The notes under the pieces are model-generated. The model was not told the DNA's origin. It saw only the letters and a list, made by a program, of their open reading frames with translations, and made no database searches. A stretch of DNA of 64,000 nt, from positions 501,800 through 565,799 of the forward strand of contig CAVYFJ010000004.1 of assembly GCA_963767815.1 (NCBI GenBank). The letters are read 5' to 3'. Positions within the stretch are counted from its first letter, which is position 1; each line of letters begins with the position of its first letter. Both the position numbers and the translations under genes were made by a program. This stretch comes from Candidatus Melainabacteria bacterium (GTDB lineage Bacteria > Cyanobacteriota > Vampirovibrionia > Obscuribacterales > Obscuribacteraceae). This document shows, piece by piece, positions 56,158 to 64,000 of the stretch.

Positions 56158-57645
56158 CTATTTATTCGTTTTTGTTTGGCGTTTGGGCCAGATCCGCTTA
56201 CTGGGCTTCTCATTTTCCAACCGTTGTTGCAACCTGGTGACATCATCTTCTACTATCTGCCGCAATTGGTTATTATCTTCTGCTGCTTCAAGAAAACACA
56301 GCCCATTGCTAATTGCCAGCTTGGGATCTGCTCTATTTGATTTAGTGAACATCGAAAATAATCCGTAGTATGCGCTTGGATACTGGGGATCAGCAATCAA
56401 TGCTTGTTGATAATGGTCAATTGCCACATCCGGCATTCTTGCGGTGGCGTCGCCTAATTTCGTTTGTCTAGCTGCCTCATTGCGCTGGGTAACAATTTTG
56501 CTTAAGCCTTGTTCCGCTCTGGGAGCAACTTCTGGAATTTCTTTGGCAAAATCATAAGCTTGCTGGGCTGCTGTTAAATCGCCATCATTAAAGGCCTGTT
56601 CCCCTAAAGTTAAAAGACCATAGGCATCCTGGCGATGATTTTTGATCACGTTGGTAAAATGCTGGCGCGCATCTCGAAAATGATTTTTCGCCAGAGATTT
56701 TTCTGCCTCCGATAGTTCTATGTTTTCCTGTAGGCTTTTGGCGCCTGCTTTGATCACTTGCCCGCGCACAGACTGTTCAGTGACAATATTTTGTAATTGT
56801 TCCATTAATTGTTGCCAGTCTGGAGGATATTGTCCATCACGTCTTGCTTTGCGAAAATAGACTCTCGATAAGCCAAGCAAGCCCTGAGCATCATCTGGCT
56901 GGCTGGCCAAGATTGTGCGATATTCAGCTTCGGCGATATCCAGCTTGTCTTGTCGCAAAGCCAGTTCCGCTAATTGATTGCGCAAATTGAAGTCATTGGG
57001 CAGAATTTCTAGCGCATTGTGCATTTCACCGATCGCTAGTTCACCGTCTCCGCGTAAAGTATAGTATTCCGACAGGCGCCGATAAGAATCTGGATTGTGT
57101 GGATCCATCCTGATCGCCTCTTGCCAGGCAGCTAAAGCTGCTGGCCCATCACCCTGCTTTCGATAAACATCCCCGTCAATTAAATGCCAATCGGCGCCAC
57201 GATAAACATCCGGCACACCATGCAATTTCATATAGGCGTCTTCATTTTTGCCTTTCTGCAACAAGACAAGCGCTTTTTGAATATAGGCTGGATAATAATC
57301 ACCGTTCTTTTCCAAAGCTTGATCAATTAAGCTCTCCGCCTCTTCATCTTTGGGATCGGTGCGCAAAAGAGCCTGAGCAAGCAATGTTAGATTGGTGGGA
57401 TCTGCAGATAACGAAACCGCATTGCGTAAAGGATCAACAGCGTCACTTGCTTGATCTTGAGCCAGTCTGGCTAATCCAATAGTTTGCTGAGCGATGACAA
57501 TATTGGGATTATCTTGCACTGCTTTGCTGCACAAAGAATCTGCCGCTTGTAAGTATAAGATCTCGCCTGGCCGGAGAGGCAACACTTTTAGAATGAACAT
57601 ATGAAACATAGCCGCCTGCCGCCAATACATTGGGATTGTCGGCAA
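56158..57645 (-). CDS. TPR-repeat protein, C-terminal fragment (frameshift near 57560)
   Basis: Many TPR units (e.g. AYIQKALVLLQKGKNEDA, DSYRRLSEYYTLRGD). Confidence 0.75.
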   Translation of the reverse strand: MPTIPMYWRQAAMFHMFILKVLPLRPGEILYLQAADSLCSKAVQDNPNIVIAQQTIGLARLAQDQASDAVDPLRNAVSLSADPTNLTLLAQALLRTDPKDEEAESLIDQALEKNGDYYPAYIQKALVLLQKGKNEDAYMKLHGVPDVYRGADWHLIDGDVYRKQGDGPAALAAWQEAIRMDPHNPDSYRRLSEYYTLRGDGELAIGEMHNALEILPNDFNLRNQLAELALRQDKLDIAEAEYRTILASQPDDAQGLLGLSRVYFRKARRDGQYPPDWQQLMEQLQNIVTEQSVRGQVIKAGAKSLQENIELSEAEKSLAKNHFRDARQHFTNVIKNHRQDAYGLLTLGEQAFNDGDLTAAQQAYDFAKEIPEVAPRAEQGLSKIVTQRNEAARQTKLGDATARMPDVAIDHYQQALIADPQYPSAYYGLFSMFTKSNRADPKLAISNGLCFLEAAEDNNQLRQIVEDDVTRLQQRLENEKPSKRIWPKRQTKTNK

Positions 57646-57976
57646 ATTTGTCGCGTGCTTCTTTTAGCACTTTTTCCGCTTCCAGAATTTTGTCCGGAAG
57701 ATTTTCTTTGGCTAGAGCGACAGCCAATCCGGCCAAAGCATCTCCGGTTGTGTCTTTGTCTACAAGCGAGCGATAGACATCTTCCGCTTGTTTGTATTTA
57801 TTTTCTAAAAGTAGTTGATCGGCATCTGCGATGCTCTGCCCGGCAAGGGCTTGGTTGTCTTGTTTTGCCAACCGTTGCTTATCTTTCGTGTGATGATGAT
57901 TGGCAAAAGCCGCAGGCATAATTGGCCAGCAAAGACAGGTACAGATAAAAATAATATCAATTCTTTTCCAATTCAT
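57509..57976 (-). CDS. TPR-repeat protein, N-terminal fragment with signal peptide
   Basis: MNWKRIDIIFICTCLCWPIMPAAFA. The frame joins the 56158..57645 ORF after ..SKSVASP. Confidence 0.65.
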   Translation of the reverse strand: MNWKRIDIIFICTCLCWPIMPAAFANHHHTKDKQRLAKQDNQALAGQSIADADQLLLENKYKQAEDVYRSLVDKDTTGDALAGLAVALAKENLPDKILEAEKVLKEARDKFADNPNVLAAGGYVSYVHSKSVASPARRDLILTSGRFFVQQSSAR

Positions 57977-59894
57977 CGGCTCGTTTCGCTTCTTTCTGTG
58001 CTGCTTTAGTGTCACCCAATTGTTTGAGAACTTCAGATAATTTTCTATGCACGATGGCCAGATTAGGAGCAATGCTGACAGCGTCTTTTAAACTGGCCGC
58101 AGCCATTACTGGATTGCCTTTCTGAGTGGCTAGTTCTGCTTCTTTTAACATCGGCTGCACGCGTGAACTATCGATTTGGTTTAGGGCATCTTTGGCCTCA
58201 GGTTCTTTTAGATTGGCAGCTTGACGATAACTAACTGAGGCGCTGTCTAAATCACCTTTTTTCTCGGCGATACGCCCAAGCATTAACCAGGCTTTGCCGT
58301 TGCGTGGATCTTTTTCCACTAAAGAAGAAGCTAGTTTCTCCGCTCCTTCTAAGTCATTGCTGCGCATTTTATTTTCAATCTCAGCATAAGTGTTCAAGTT
58401 TTTGATCAGATCTTCGCCGGATAACCCAGTGAGAATGTTGTCGCCTTTTGTTGTTGCTCCGCCTGCCGGCCGCGCACTGCTGGTGGTGCCAGGACCAGTA
58501 GTAGGCGCGCCCGTAGTTGACGGCGCTGTATTTTTACGATCCGGACTAATTGGAGCACCTGTTCCTGAAGCTAAAGGTTCGGTAGGATTTCCCGCTGCGG
58601 AGCCTGTCGTACTAGTGCTTGCCGGCGCCCCTGTACCACCGCTAGCGAGGCTAATAATGCGATCTTTCAAATCCGGATAAATGAGCGGATTAATTGCCGC
58701 TGCCGCTTCAAACGCTTTTAGAGCCTGATCATAATCTCCTTGCGCTTCTTTGCCTCGCCCATATATATAAAGCAATTCAGGGTCATTCGGTGTTTCTTTG
58801 AGCGAGTCTTCTATTTTCTGCACAGTAGAAGCAAGAATTACCGGCGAGCGCGGATGGCTGACTACAGCCAAATGAAAACTGCGCCGGGCGGCTGATAAAA
58901 TTGGGCTATTATGATCTAATTTCCAACAGGCCTCATATTCCATTTTTGCTCGATCATAGTCGCCCGCTAATTGATATGCTCCTGCCAGCATCAAATGATT
59001 ATCAAAAGAAGGTCTGATTGCTGCTGCTTCTCTTGATACTTCCACTAAGCCGGCGATGGCATCGCTGTTTGATTGATTCAAAGTCACTGCTCGTCTGTAT
59101 TCGATGCCTGCATTGCTCAGCCGTTTCAAAGCTGTATTCATGTCGCCGCGGTCTCTCGCTTTAACGGCAAATTCTTTTAGAATTTCGCCAAGCTGTCTGT
59201 GACAATCGGCGAGATCATTTTTTTCATTATCCGGCCATGGTTTAGCTACTGCCGTTTTCAGTTCTGAATAACCTTCAACTATTTTGCCTTGTTTAAGCAA
59301 AACACGGCCCAGCCTTGCTCTAACTGATCCTGTATCACTCATTCTCACGCATTTGCGATATTCAACTATAGCCACTGGATAGTTTCCGGCTATATCGGCA
59401 TCGTCAGCTATATGCATGCGGGTGTTTAAATCATTTTTCTTCAACGTGCGCTCAACAAGCGCATCCAGCCCCTGATCAGCCTCCGCATTAGTAGGGTCAA
59501 CATATAGCGCTTCTCTATAATGCGTCATCGCTTCATAAATCTTGCCACGGCTGGCTAATTGGCGAGCATAAAGCATCTGGGCGCTAGATAAATTAACGCG
59601 AAACTGATGATTTTCTGGATCGGCATTCAGTGCCAATTCTTGCTCATGTATAGCTGCATCCCAGAGACCTTTCATGCCCAGCTCAACGCCACGATTATTG
59701 TGTTCGATTGGCGTCTTTGGTTCTGGTGACGTTAAGGTTACTGAGCTTGGGTGGCTTGTTTGCCGCGTATGGCTTGCTTGCCTATGCTTGCGCTTTGCCG
59801 ATGTTGTTTGGGCGCCCGCCTTAGGCGCACCCATATATACGTTAGCCAATAATGAAACCAGGCAACTTAAAAGCGGTATATAGACTTTTCTCAA
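57957..59894 (-). CDS. large TPR-repeat protein, secreted
   Basis: 645 aa, signal peptide, at least 10 TPR units and a Gly/Thr/Pro-rich linker. Confidence 0.85.
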   Translation of the reverse strand: MRKVYIPLLSCLVSLLANVYMGAPKAGAQTTSAKRKHRQASHTRQTSHPSSVTLTSPEPKTPIEHNNRGVELGMKGLWDAAIHEQELALNADPENHQFRVNLSSAQMLYARQLASRGKIYEAMTHYREALYVDPTNAEADQGLDALVERTLKKNDLNTRMHIADDADIAGNYPVAIVEYRKCVRMSDTGSVRARLGRVLLKQGKIVEGYSELKTAVAKPWPDNEKNDLADCHRQLGEILKEFAVKARDRGDMNTALKRLSNAGIEYRRAVTLNQSNSDAIAGLVEVSREAAAIRPSFDNHLMLAGAYQLAGDYDRAKMEYEACWKLDHNSPILSAARRSFHLAVVSHPRSPVILASTVQKIEDSLKETPNDPELLYIYGRGKEAQGDYDQALKAFEAAAAINPLIYPDLKDRIISLASGGTGAPASTSTTGSAAGNPTEPLASGTGAPISPDRKNTAPSTTGAPTTGPGTTSSARPAGGATTKGDNILTGLSGEDLIKNLNTYAEIENKMRSNDLEGAEKLASSLVEKDPRNGKAWLMLGRIAEKKGDLDSASVSYRQAANLKEPEAKDALNQIDSSRVQPMLKEAELATQKGNPVMAAASLKDAVSIAPNLAIVHRKLSEVLKQLGDTKAAQKEAKRADELEKN

Positions 59895-60242
59895 TTAACC
59901 AATCCTTTTATTAGATTTCATTCTCTACCTAAGTTTCCCTTCAGACTGTTAGCTAGCTTACAGTTTTCTCTTTGTAGACGCTATTTATATTGACAATCAT
60001 CAGCAAACCATTAACAATAAATCATCTTATCCGGTCTTCAGCAAACTGGCTAAGAAAAGGGGAAATTACTAGGGGGAATTTGTTTTTTCAGAGTTGTAAT
60101 TGGTTTCGTTTGAGCGAAATCTGAGCATAGATCATTTGTTTCCGGCGTTAACTTACTAATTTTGATTATGCCCAGAAAGCACGGCGAGAGACTAACCACA
60201 GGTCTCTGAGAGCAAGTACAGGCAGTAATTACAGGAGCATAT

Positions 60243-61166
60243 ATGCTTAAGTTGCCAGCTAATCTATCAATATTTATATCTTCTATTGCTATATTTGGAC
60301 TAAATATCCCGGTCCTGGCACAACTTCCGCCCACTAATTTGGGGAAATTTGTGCATCAACCAGGGGACAATCAATATACATATCAAACCCAAAGCGAGCG
60401 CCACTCGACTCCCACGCCGGCTATTGGTGTGCCTGTCTCTGTTTCTACTTCTTCGACGCCACCAAGTTCCGGTGATTATAAGCTAACCCCAGCTGCCCCT
60501 AAACCAGATATTTCCTTACTACCAATTGTTGCTGATGAGCCGCTTAAGCCGGCTGGCTTTCCCCCTTTGCCAGATCGCTTAGATTTGCCTACCAATGGTG
60601 TATGGTCTGGTGCTGGTGGCGGAGATAATCAATCTGTTCTTAGCAGTGCCACACTAAATCGTAATTACAATTCTTCTCCTACGGGTGTGCACCAGCATTA
60701 TGTTCATTATGAAGCCGGTGCTTTTATGCCTAAAGAACAAGCGCAATCAGCGCCGCAAATAATCTACAAACCAGCCAGTAGCGATTATTACAATGTAAAT
60801 CCCGGTGCTAGACCAGTTTATGGTCCTGTTCGTGGCGGTGATGCTGGATCTGGTAATTCCGAAACTCCAGCCACCCAAGCTTTGCACAGAATGGGCGCCG
60901 AACCCCAATTAGCAGCTGACGCCATAAGCAAACCGGAAGCACCAGCTGCGGTGACTGTTAATCAAAGCGTCAGTCAGGATTTGTCTTTACCGGAAGATGA
61001 TTTTAATAAGCATTATCCAACTAATATTGGTAATTCGGCTAATAGTCGTGTCGGCAATGGAATTGGTCACATGTTAATGTATCCGGCTAGATCGCTAATG
61101 TATACGGGCATTGGTATGGGAACAGGTATGGCAGCTAGTACAGGCGTTTATGCGCTGCACCGTTAA
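60243..61166 (+). CDS. secreted Pro-rich hypothetical protein
   Basis: 307 aa, signal peptide MLKLPANLSIFISSIAIFGLNIPVLA. Confidence 0.6.
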   Translation: MLKLPANLSIFISSIAIFGLNIPVLAQLPPTNLGKFVHQPGDNQYTYQTQSERHSTPTPAIGVPVSVSTSSTPPSSGDYKLTPAAPKPDISLLPIVADEPLKPAGFPPLPDRLDLPTNGVWSGAGGGDNQSVLSSATLNRNYNSSPTGVHQHYVHYEAGAFMPKEQAQSAPQIIYKPASSDYYNVNPGARPVYGPVRGGDAGSGNSETPATQALHRMGAEPQLAADAISKPEAPAAVTVNQSVSQDLSLPEDDFNKHYPTNIGNSANSRVGNGIGHMLMYPARSLMYTGIGMGTGMAASTGVYALHR

Positions 61167-61275
61167 TTCGTGGGGGAATTTATGATTACTATGAGATATT
61201 TCGCATTCAATATATTAGTTGTGGTAACCGCTCAATCTATAGCATTCGGCCCCAGCGGCCTCTGCTCAGAATTCG

Positions 61276-61860
61276 GTGAGCACAAAAGCTCTGGAAAAGG
61301 CGCGCTTTTACAACGCCCCGCGCCAAATTGATATTCTTGATGATCGTCCGGTAATAAGAGACTTTCGCGAAGCCCCGACTGCTCCAGGACAAATTGGTTT
61401 GCCTAATGGACCTGGGGCGAATCGAGGTGGAGCAGGAGCTGGCGGTGTTGGTGATCTTGGCGGCGGTTCTGGTGCAAATACCACCATCCCTGGTGGCGGC
61501 TTGCCTCTGCAAGGCGGTTCCGGACCAGCCTATAGAACTGCCCCTGGTGGACTGGGCACTTTGCCGCAATCTGGTTTTGGTGGCACTAATATTCCAGCCC
61601 GTGGTCTTGGACCGCGCGGCATTTTGCCTGGAGTCAATCAAAGTGTGGTTGGCAAAGTAATGAATCAAAGCAAACAAGTTAGTCAGGCAGCAGCGGCCAA
61701 TCGAGCTAAGGCTCTGTCCGTTCGAGGTCCTTCAGCTGGACCAACAAAGCCGAGCGCACCAAGTGTTAACAGTTATGGGGGCTACGGGAACAGCCCAACT
61801 GCTTACGGCAGCGGCAACCGTACTGAACAAAAAGTTCGAGGATATTTACTCAATCATTAA
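61276..61860 (+). CDS. Gly/Pro-rich hypothetical protein
   Basis: 194-aa ORF (GTG start), low-complexity GGxG tracts. Confidence 0.45.
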   Translation: MSTKALEKARFYNAPRQIDILDDRPVIRDFREAPTAPGQIGLPNGPGANRGGAGAGGVGDLGGGSGANTTIPGGGLPLQGGSGPAYRTAPGGLGTLPQSGFGGTNIPARGLGPRGILPGVNQSVVGKVMNQSKQVSQAAAANRAKALSVRGPSAGPTKPSAPSVNSYGGYGNSPTAYGSGNRTEQKVRGYLLNH

Positions 61861-61895
61861 CAAGGGCACTTACTGAAGGTTAGGGAACCGATAGC

Positions 61896-62681
61896 ATGTC
61901 ACCAGGAGCCATGTCTAAAACTAATAATATAAAACTAGGCGGCAACATTATTGCCGCTATTTGCGCTTTATTGTTAGCTGGATGCGCTCAGGGTCCGTTT
62001 GGCAATAACATGGCGGACAATCATTCCGCACCAAGAGCCGGCGTTTTAAACAGCTTTAGACCAAGCGCTGATCCAGCTATGGTGGCGCGCATCAGAGAAG
62101 AACAGTTGAAAGAAGCCCAAAAACGGGCCGCTCAGCCTGTTATTGCTGCCCAAACCGGTGGTCCTGAAACCATTCAACCTAATCTAGGCAGAATGCTGCC
62201 TAATGTTTCTACTGATCCCATTTCCCCTTTCACTCAAACAACAGTAGAGTCCATGAATACCAGTGCCTCAGTTTCCAATTCTGCTAATCAAAATGATAGA
62301 GGCAGGCAAGGCAATAATGCCAGAGCTATTTCTAACCCACCTAGCCACGCTGTGCAAGCGGCCAGTTATGAGACTTCCTATTACAATGCCGTGCCGCCAC
62401 CACCCGCTGGTGGTTTAGCCGGTAGTCTTGTACCGCCACCACCGGCAGTGACATTATCTACTCAGGCCTCAGCTTATACTGGAGCCGATTCGGCAGCCAA
62501 TTTTTATAATAACCCTTATTTCAACCCCTATGGTATTCCTGCCCCGCCACAAGCCGCTGCCCTGCCAACCCCCCGGCGGTCGGCTTATTTGGTGAGGGCG
62601 GCCAACGCAATCAATCAGATCGCGATTATGATCGCCAGAGCGCTAAACGCAAAGCTGATTTTGTGCCCATTACCCCGTTAG
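61896..62681 (+). CDS. lipoprotein, N-terminal fragment (frame lost in a C6 run at 62569-62574)
   Basis: Lipobox LLAGC. The downstream ORF frame is already open from 62573. Confidence 0.6.
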   Translation: MSPGAMSKTNNIKLGGNIIAAICALLLAGCAQGPFGNNMADNHSAPRAGVLNSFRPSADPAMVARIREEQLKEAQKRAAQPVIAAQTGGPETIQPNLGRMLPNVSTDPISPFTQTTVESMNTSASVSNSANQNDRGRQGNNARAISNPPSHAVQAASYETSYYNAVPPPPAGGLAGSLVPPPPAVTLSTQASAYTGADSAANFYNNPYFNPYGIPAPPQAAALPTPRRSAYLVRAANAINQIAIMIARALNAKLILCPLPR

Positions 62682-63985
62682 GCATGGAGGCGCGCTCACC
62701 CTATAAACAAAGAGACGATTTCCGTATGCTTTGGAAAGGCGCCCTCAAAGACTCTGGTGCCTTGTCTGAAAATGCTCGCTTAGTGGAACAATTAGGCCGG
62801 CTTGATGTTGGTTTGCCGTCTGAATCAAGCAAAGGCAATTTCAATGTTTCTTCTCGCCAGGTAGAAACTATATTTAAATCGGCGACTATTGATAGACGCG
62901 CTTTCCCCGAAGTGCGCAAACTGCAAACTGAGCTTGTGCAGGCTTATTATCGTTATCTTGCTGCTTATAACAAATTTTCCCTTGCTGAACAAACTGTTGC
63001 CGCTCGCCAACAGGAAGTCGATTTGTCCGATTCCAATCTTGAGCGCCAGCGAGCAACTGCTGATCTCTCACAAGCAAAAAATGATCGTGATTCTTGCAAA
63101 GACGATATGCGCTCAGCTGAAATGGAATTAGCAGCAGCCAGCTCAGCCTCAGCTGCAAGATCTGTCATTAGCCGCGTGGCTGGTGTGGCACCATCAGTAG
63201 AGTCACTTGCTCAGGGATGCTCGCACTCCAACAAGCTGGCGCCCGCAGCCGGTCGCATGGAAGCATTTACCGGCATATTCCATTCTGTTTTCAAACACCC
63301 GAATGAATCAGCCGCTAAGGCAACCGATGTTGACAATGATTTAGTTGCTGACAATACTCAAGCTAATTCTGATAATCAAAGTTGGAGCAGCAAAATCTTC
63401 GGCATTTCAAAAGATAAAAATAAATCCAAAAAGGATGCAAGCCAGGACAAAGCTATTGGCAGTCGAACGAAAAACAAAAAACAAAAAGCAGTCAAAGGAG
63501 AATTAGCTTACAAGGGATCCGCTAAAACTATTTCTGATCGTGCTAAAGACGATGCGCCAAATGCTGATTCTGATACCGACTTAAGCCCTGCCCCAACCCG
63601 CAGACAAGCAGAACGAAGCTCCAGCCATGTAGATAATTCCGAAATCAGTGCCAATGATCTACCAGTAAATATTACTGCTCCTGTCGGTAATAATAATATT
63701 AGTTTTCAACTTAAAAGTGTAAATATCAACCCCCGAAAATCCGTGCTTACAGTATCTGTAAAAAATTCTAGCTCGCAAATGTTTGAATTAAACCCCGATG
63801 CTATATGTATTTCTGAAGGCAATCATAGATTGTCTCAAGCTGCTATGCGAGCCGATTTTGAGACAACTTCAATCGAGCCCAATCATGAAGTGAAAGGGAT
63901 AATAACCGTATTTGGCCGCCCCTGGAATGACCGATTAATGATCTATTTAAACGATGGACCAAAAACAATAGCCCTGAAGCGATAA
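62663..63985 (+). CDS. lipoprotein, C-terminal fragment (coiled coil plus beta-sandwich-like end)
   Basis: 440-aa ORF. C-terminal segment ISFQLKSVNINPRKSVLTVSVKNSS..GIITVFG resembles Ig-like DUF4352-type domains. Confidence 0.65.
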   Translation: MPITPLGMEARSPYKQRDDFRMLWKGALKDSGALSENARLVEQLGRLDVGLPSESSKGNFNVSSRQVETIFKSATIDRRAFPEVRKLQTELVQAYYRYLAAYNKFSLAEQTVAARQQEVDLSDSNLERQRATADLSQAKNDRDSCKDDMRSAEMELAAASSASAARSVISRVAGVAPSVESLAQGCSHSNKLAPAAGRMEAFTGIFHSVFKHPNESAAKATDVDNDLVADNTQANSDNQSWSSKIFGISKDKNKSKKDASQDKAIGSRTKNKKQKAVKGELAYKGSAKTISDRAKDDAPNADSDTDLSPAPTRRQAERSSSHVDNSEISANDLPVNITAPVGNNNISFQLKSVNINPRKSVLTVSVKNSSSQMFELNPDAICISEGNHRLSQAAMRADFETTSIEPNHEVKGIITVFGRPWNDRLMIYLNDGPKTIALKR

Positions 63986-64000
63986 GTAATAATCAAACGT

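Overview
A 64-kb chromosomal segment from a Gram-negative-type bacterium. I cannot assign a taxon. Spot counts on single 60-nt lines give about 38-47% G+C in ordinary genes.

The backbone genes are housekeeping and envelope genes:
- two histidine-kinase/response-regulator pairs
- a kdpFABC-kdpD potassium-pump operon
- pyrB-pyrC plus an M20 amidohydrolase
- mnmG, rimM, ubiX, a GT20 (OtsA-like) glycosyltransferase, PfpI, and an aldo/keto reductase
- a degenerate GGDEF protein
- large TPR proteins and several secreted or lipoproteins
- two MazEF/PemK-type toxin-antitoxin pairs

I found no rRNA, tRNA or CRISPR array.

Three layers of unusual structure sit on this backbone.

1. GC-rich islands behind a shared leader (the most interesting signal). 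There are six copies of a conserved ~60-nt leader. Each has a short GCGCTAGC-type palindrome, then GCGC(T/A)A-N15-17-TAAT in promoter-like geometry. Each copy points into a compositionally foreign GC-rich block, about 50-67% G+C on spot-counted lines. The blocks carry ORFans preceded by Shine-Dalgarno (SD) sites, and several end in a hairpin terminator. The islands lie at about 10.3-11.1, 24.6-25.7, 25.9-26.9, 32.2-35.6, 46.1-47.3 and 49.6-51.0 kb. The largest appears to encode four tandem paralogous proteins. One island encodes a leucine-rich-repeat protein. I see no integrase or transposase in any of them.

2. A REP/REPIN repeat family with its RAYT transposase. The repeats have a 5' GTAG followed by a GGGCGG..CCGCCC hairpin. 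They occur in about 15 clusters, and a RAYT (REP-associated tyrosine transposase) gene lies between two of them. An ~85-nt structured long variant shows one compensatory base-pair change. Some REP copies supply stop codons, extend a coding sequence, or sit in frame inside one.

3. Many frameshift-split genes. These are kdpA/B/C/D, recD2, a porin, a BNR/Asp-box protein, an AAA kinase, a TPR protein and a lipoprotein. The frameshifts are very unevenly distributed. The cause is either real gene decay or uneven assembly quality, and I cannot decide between them from the sequence alone.
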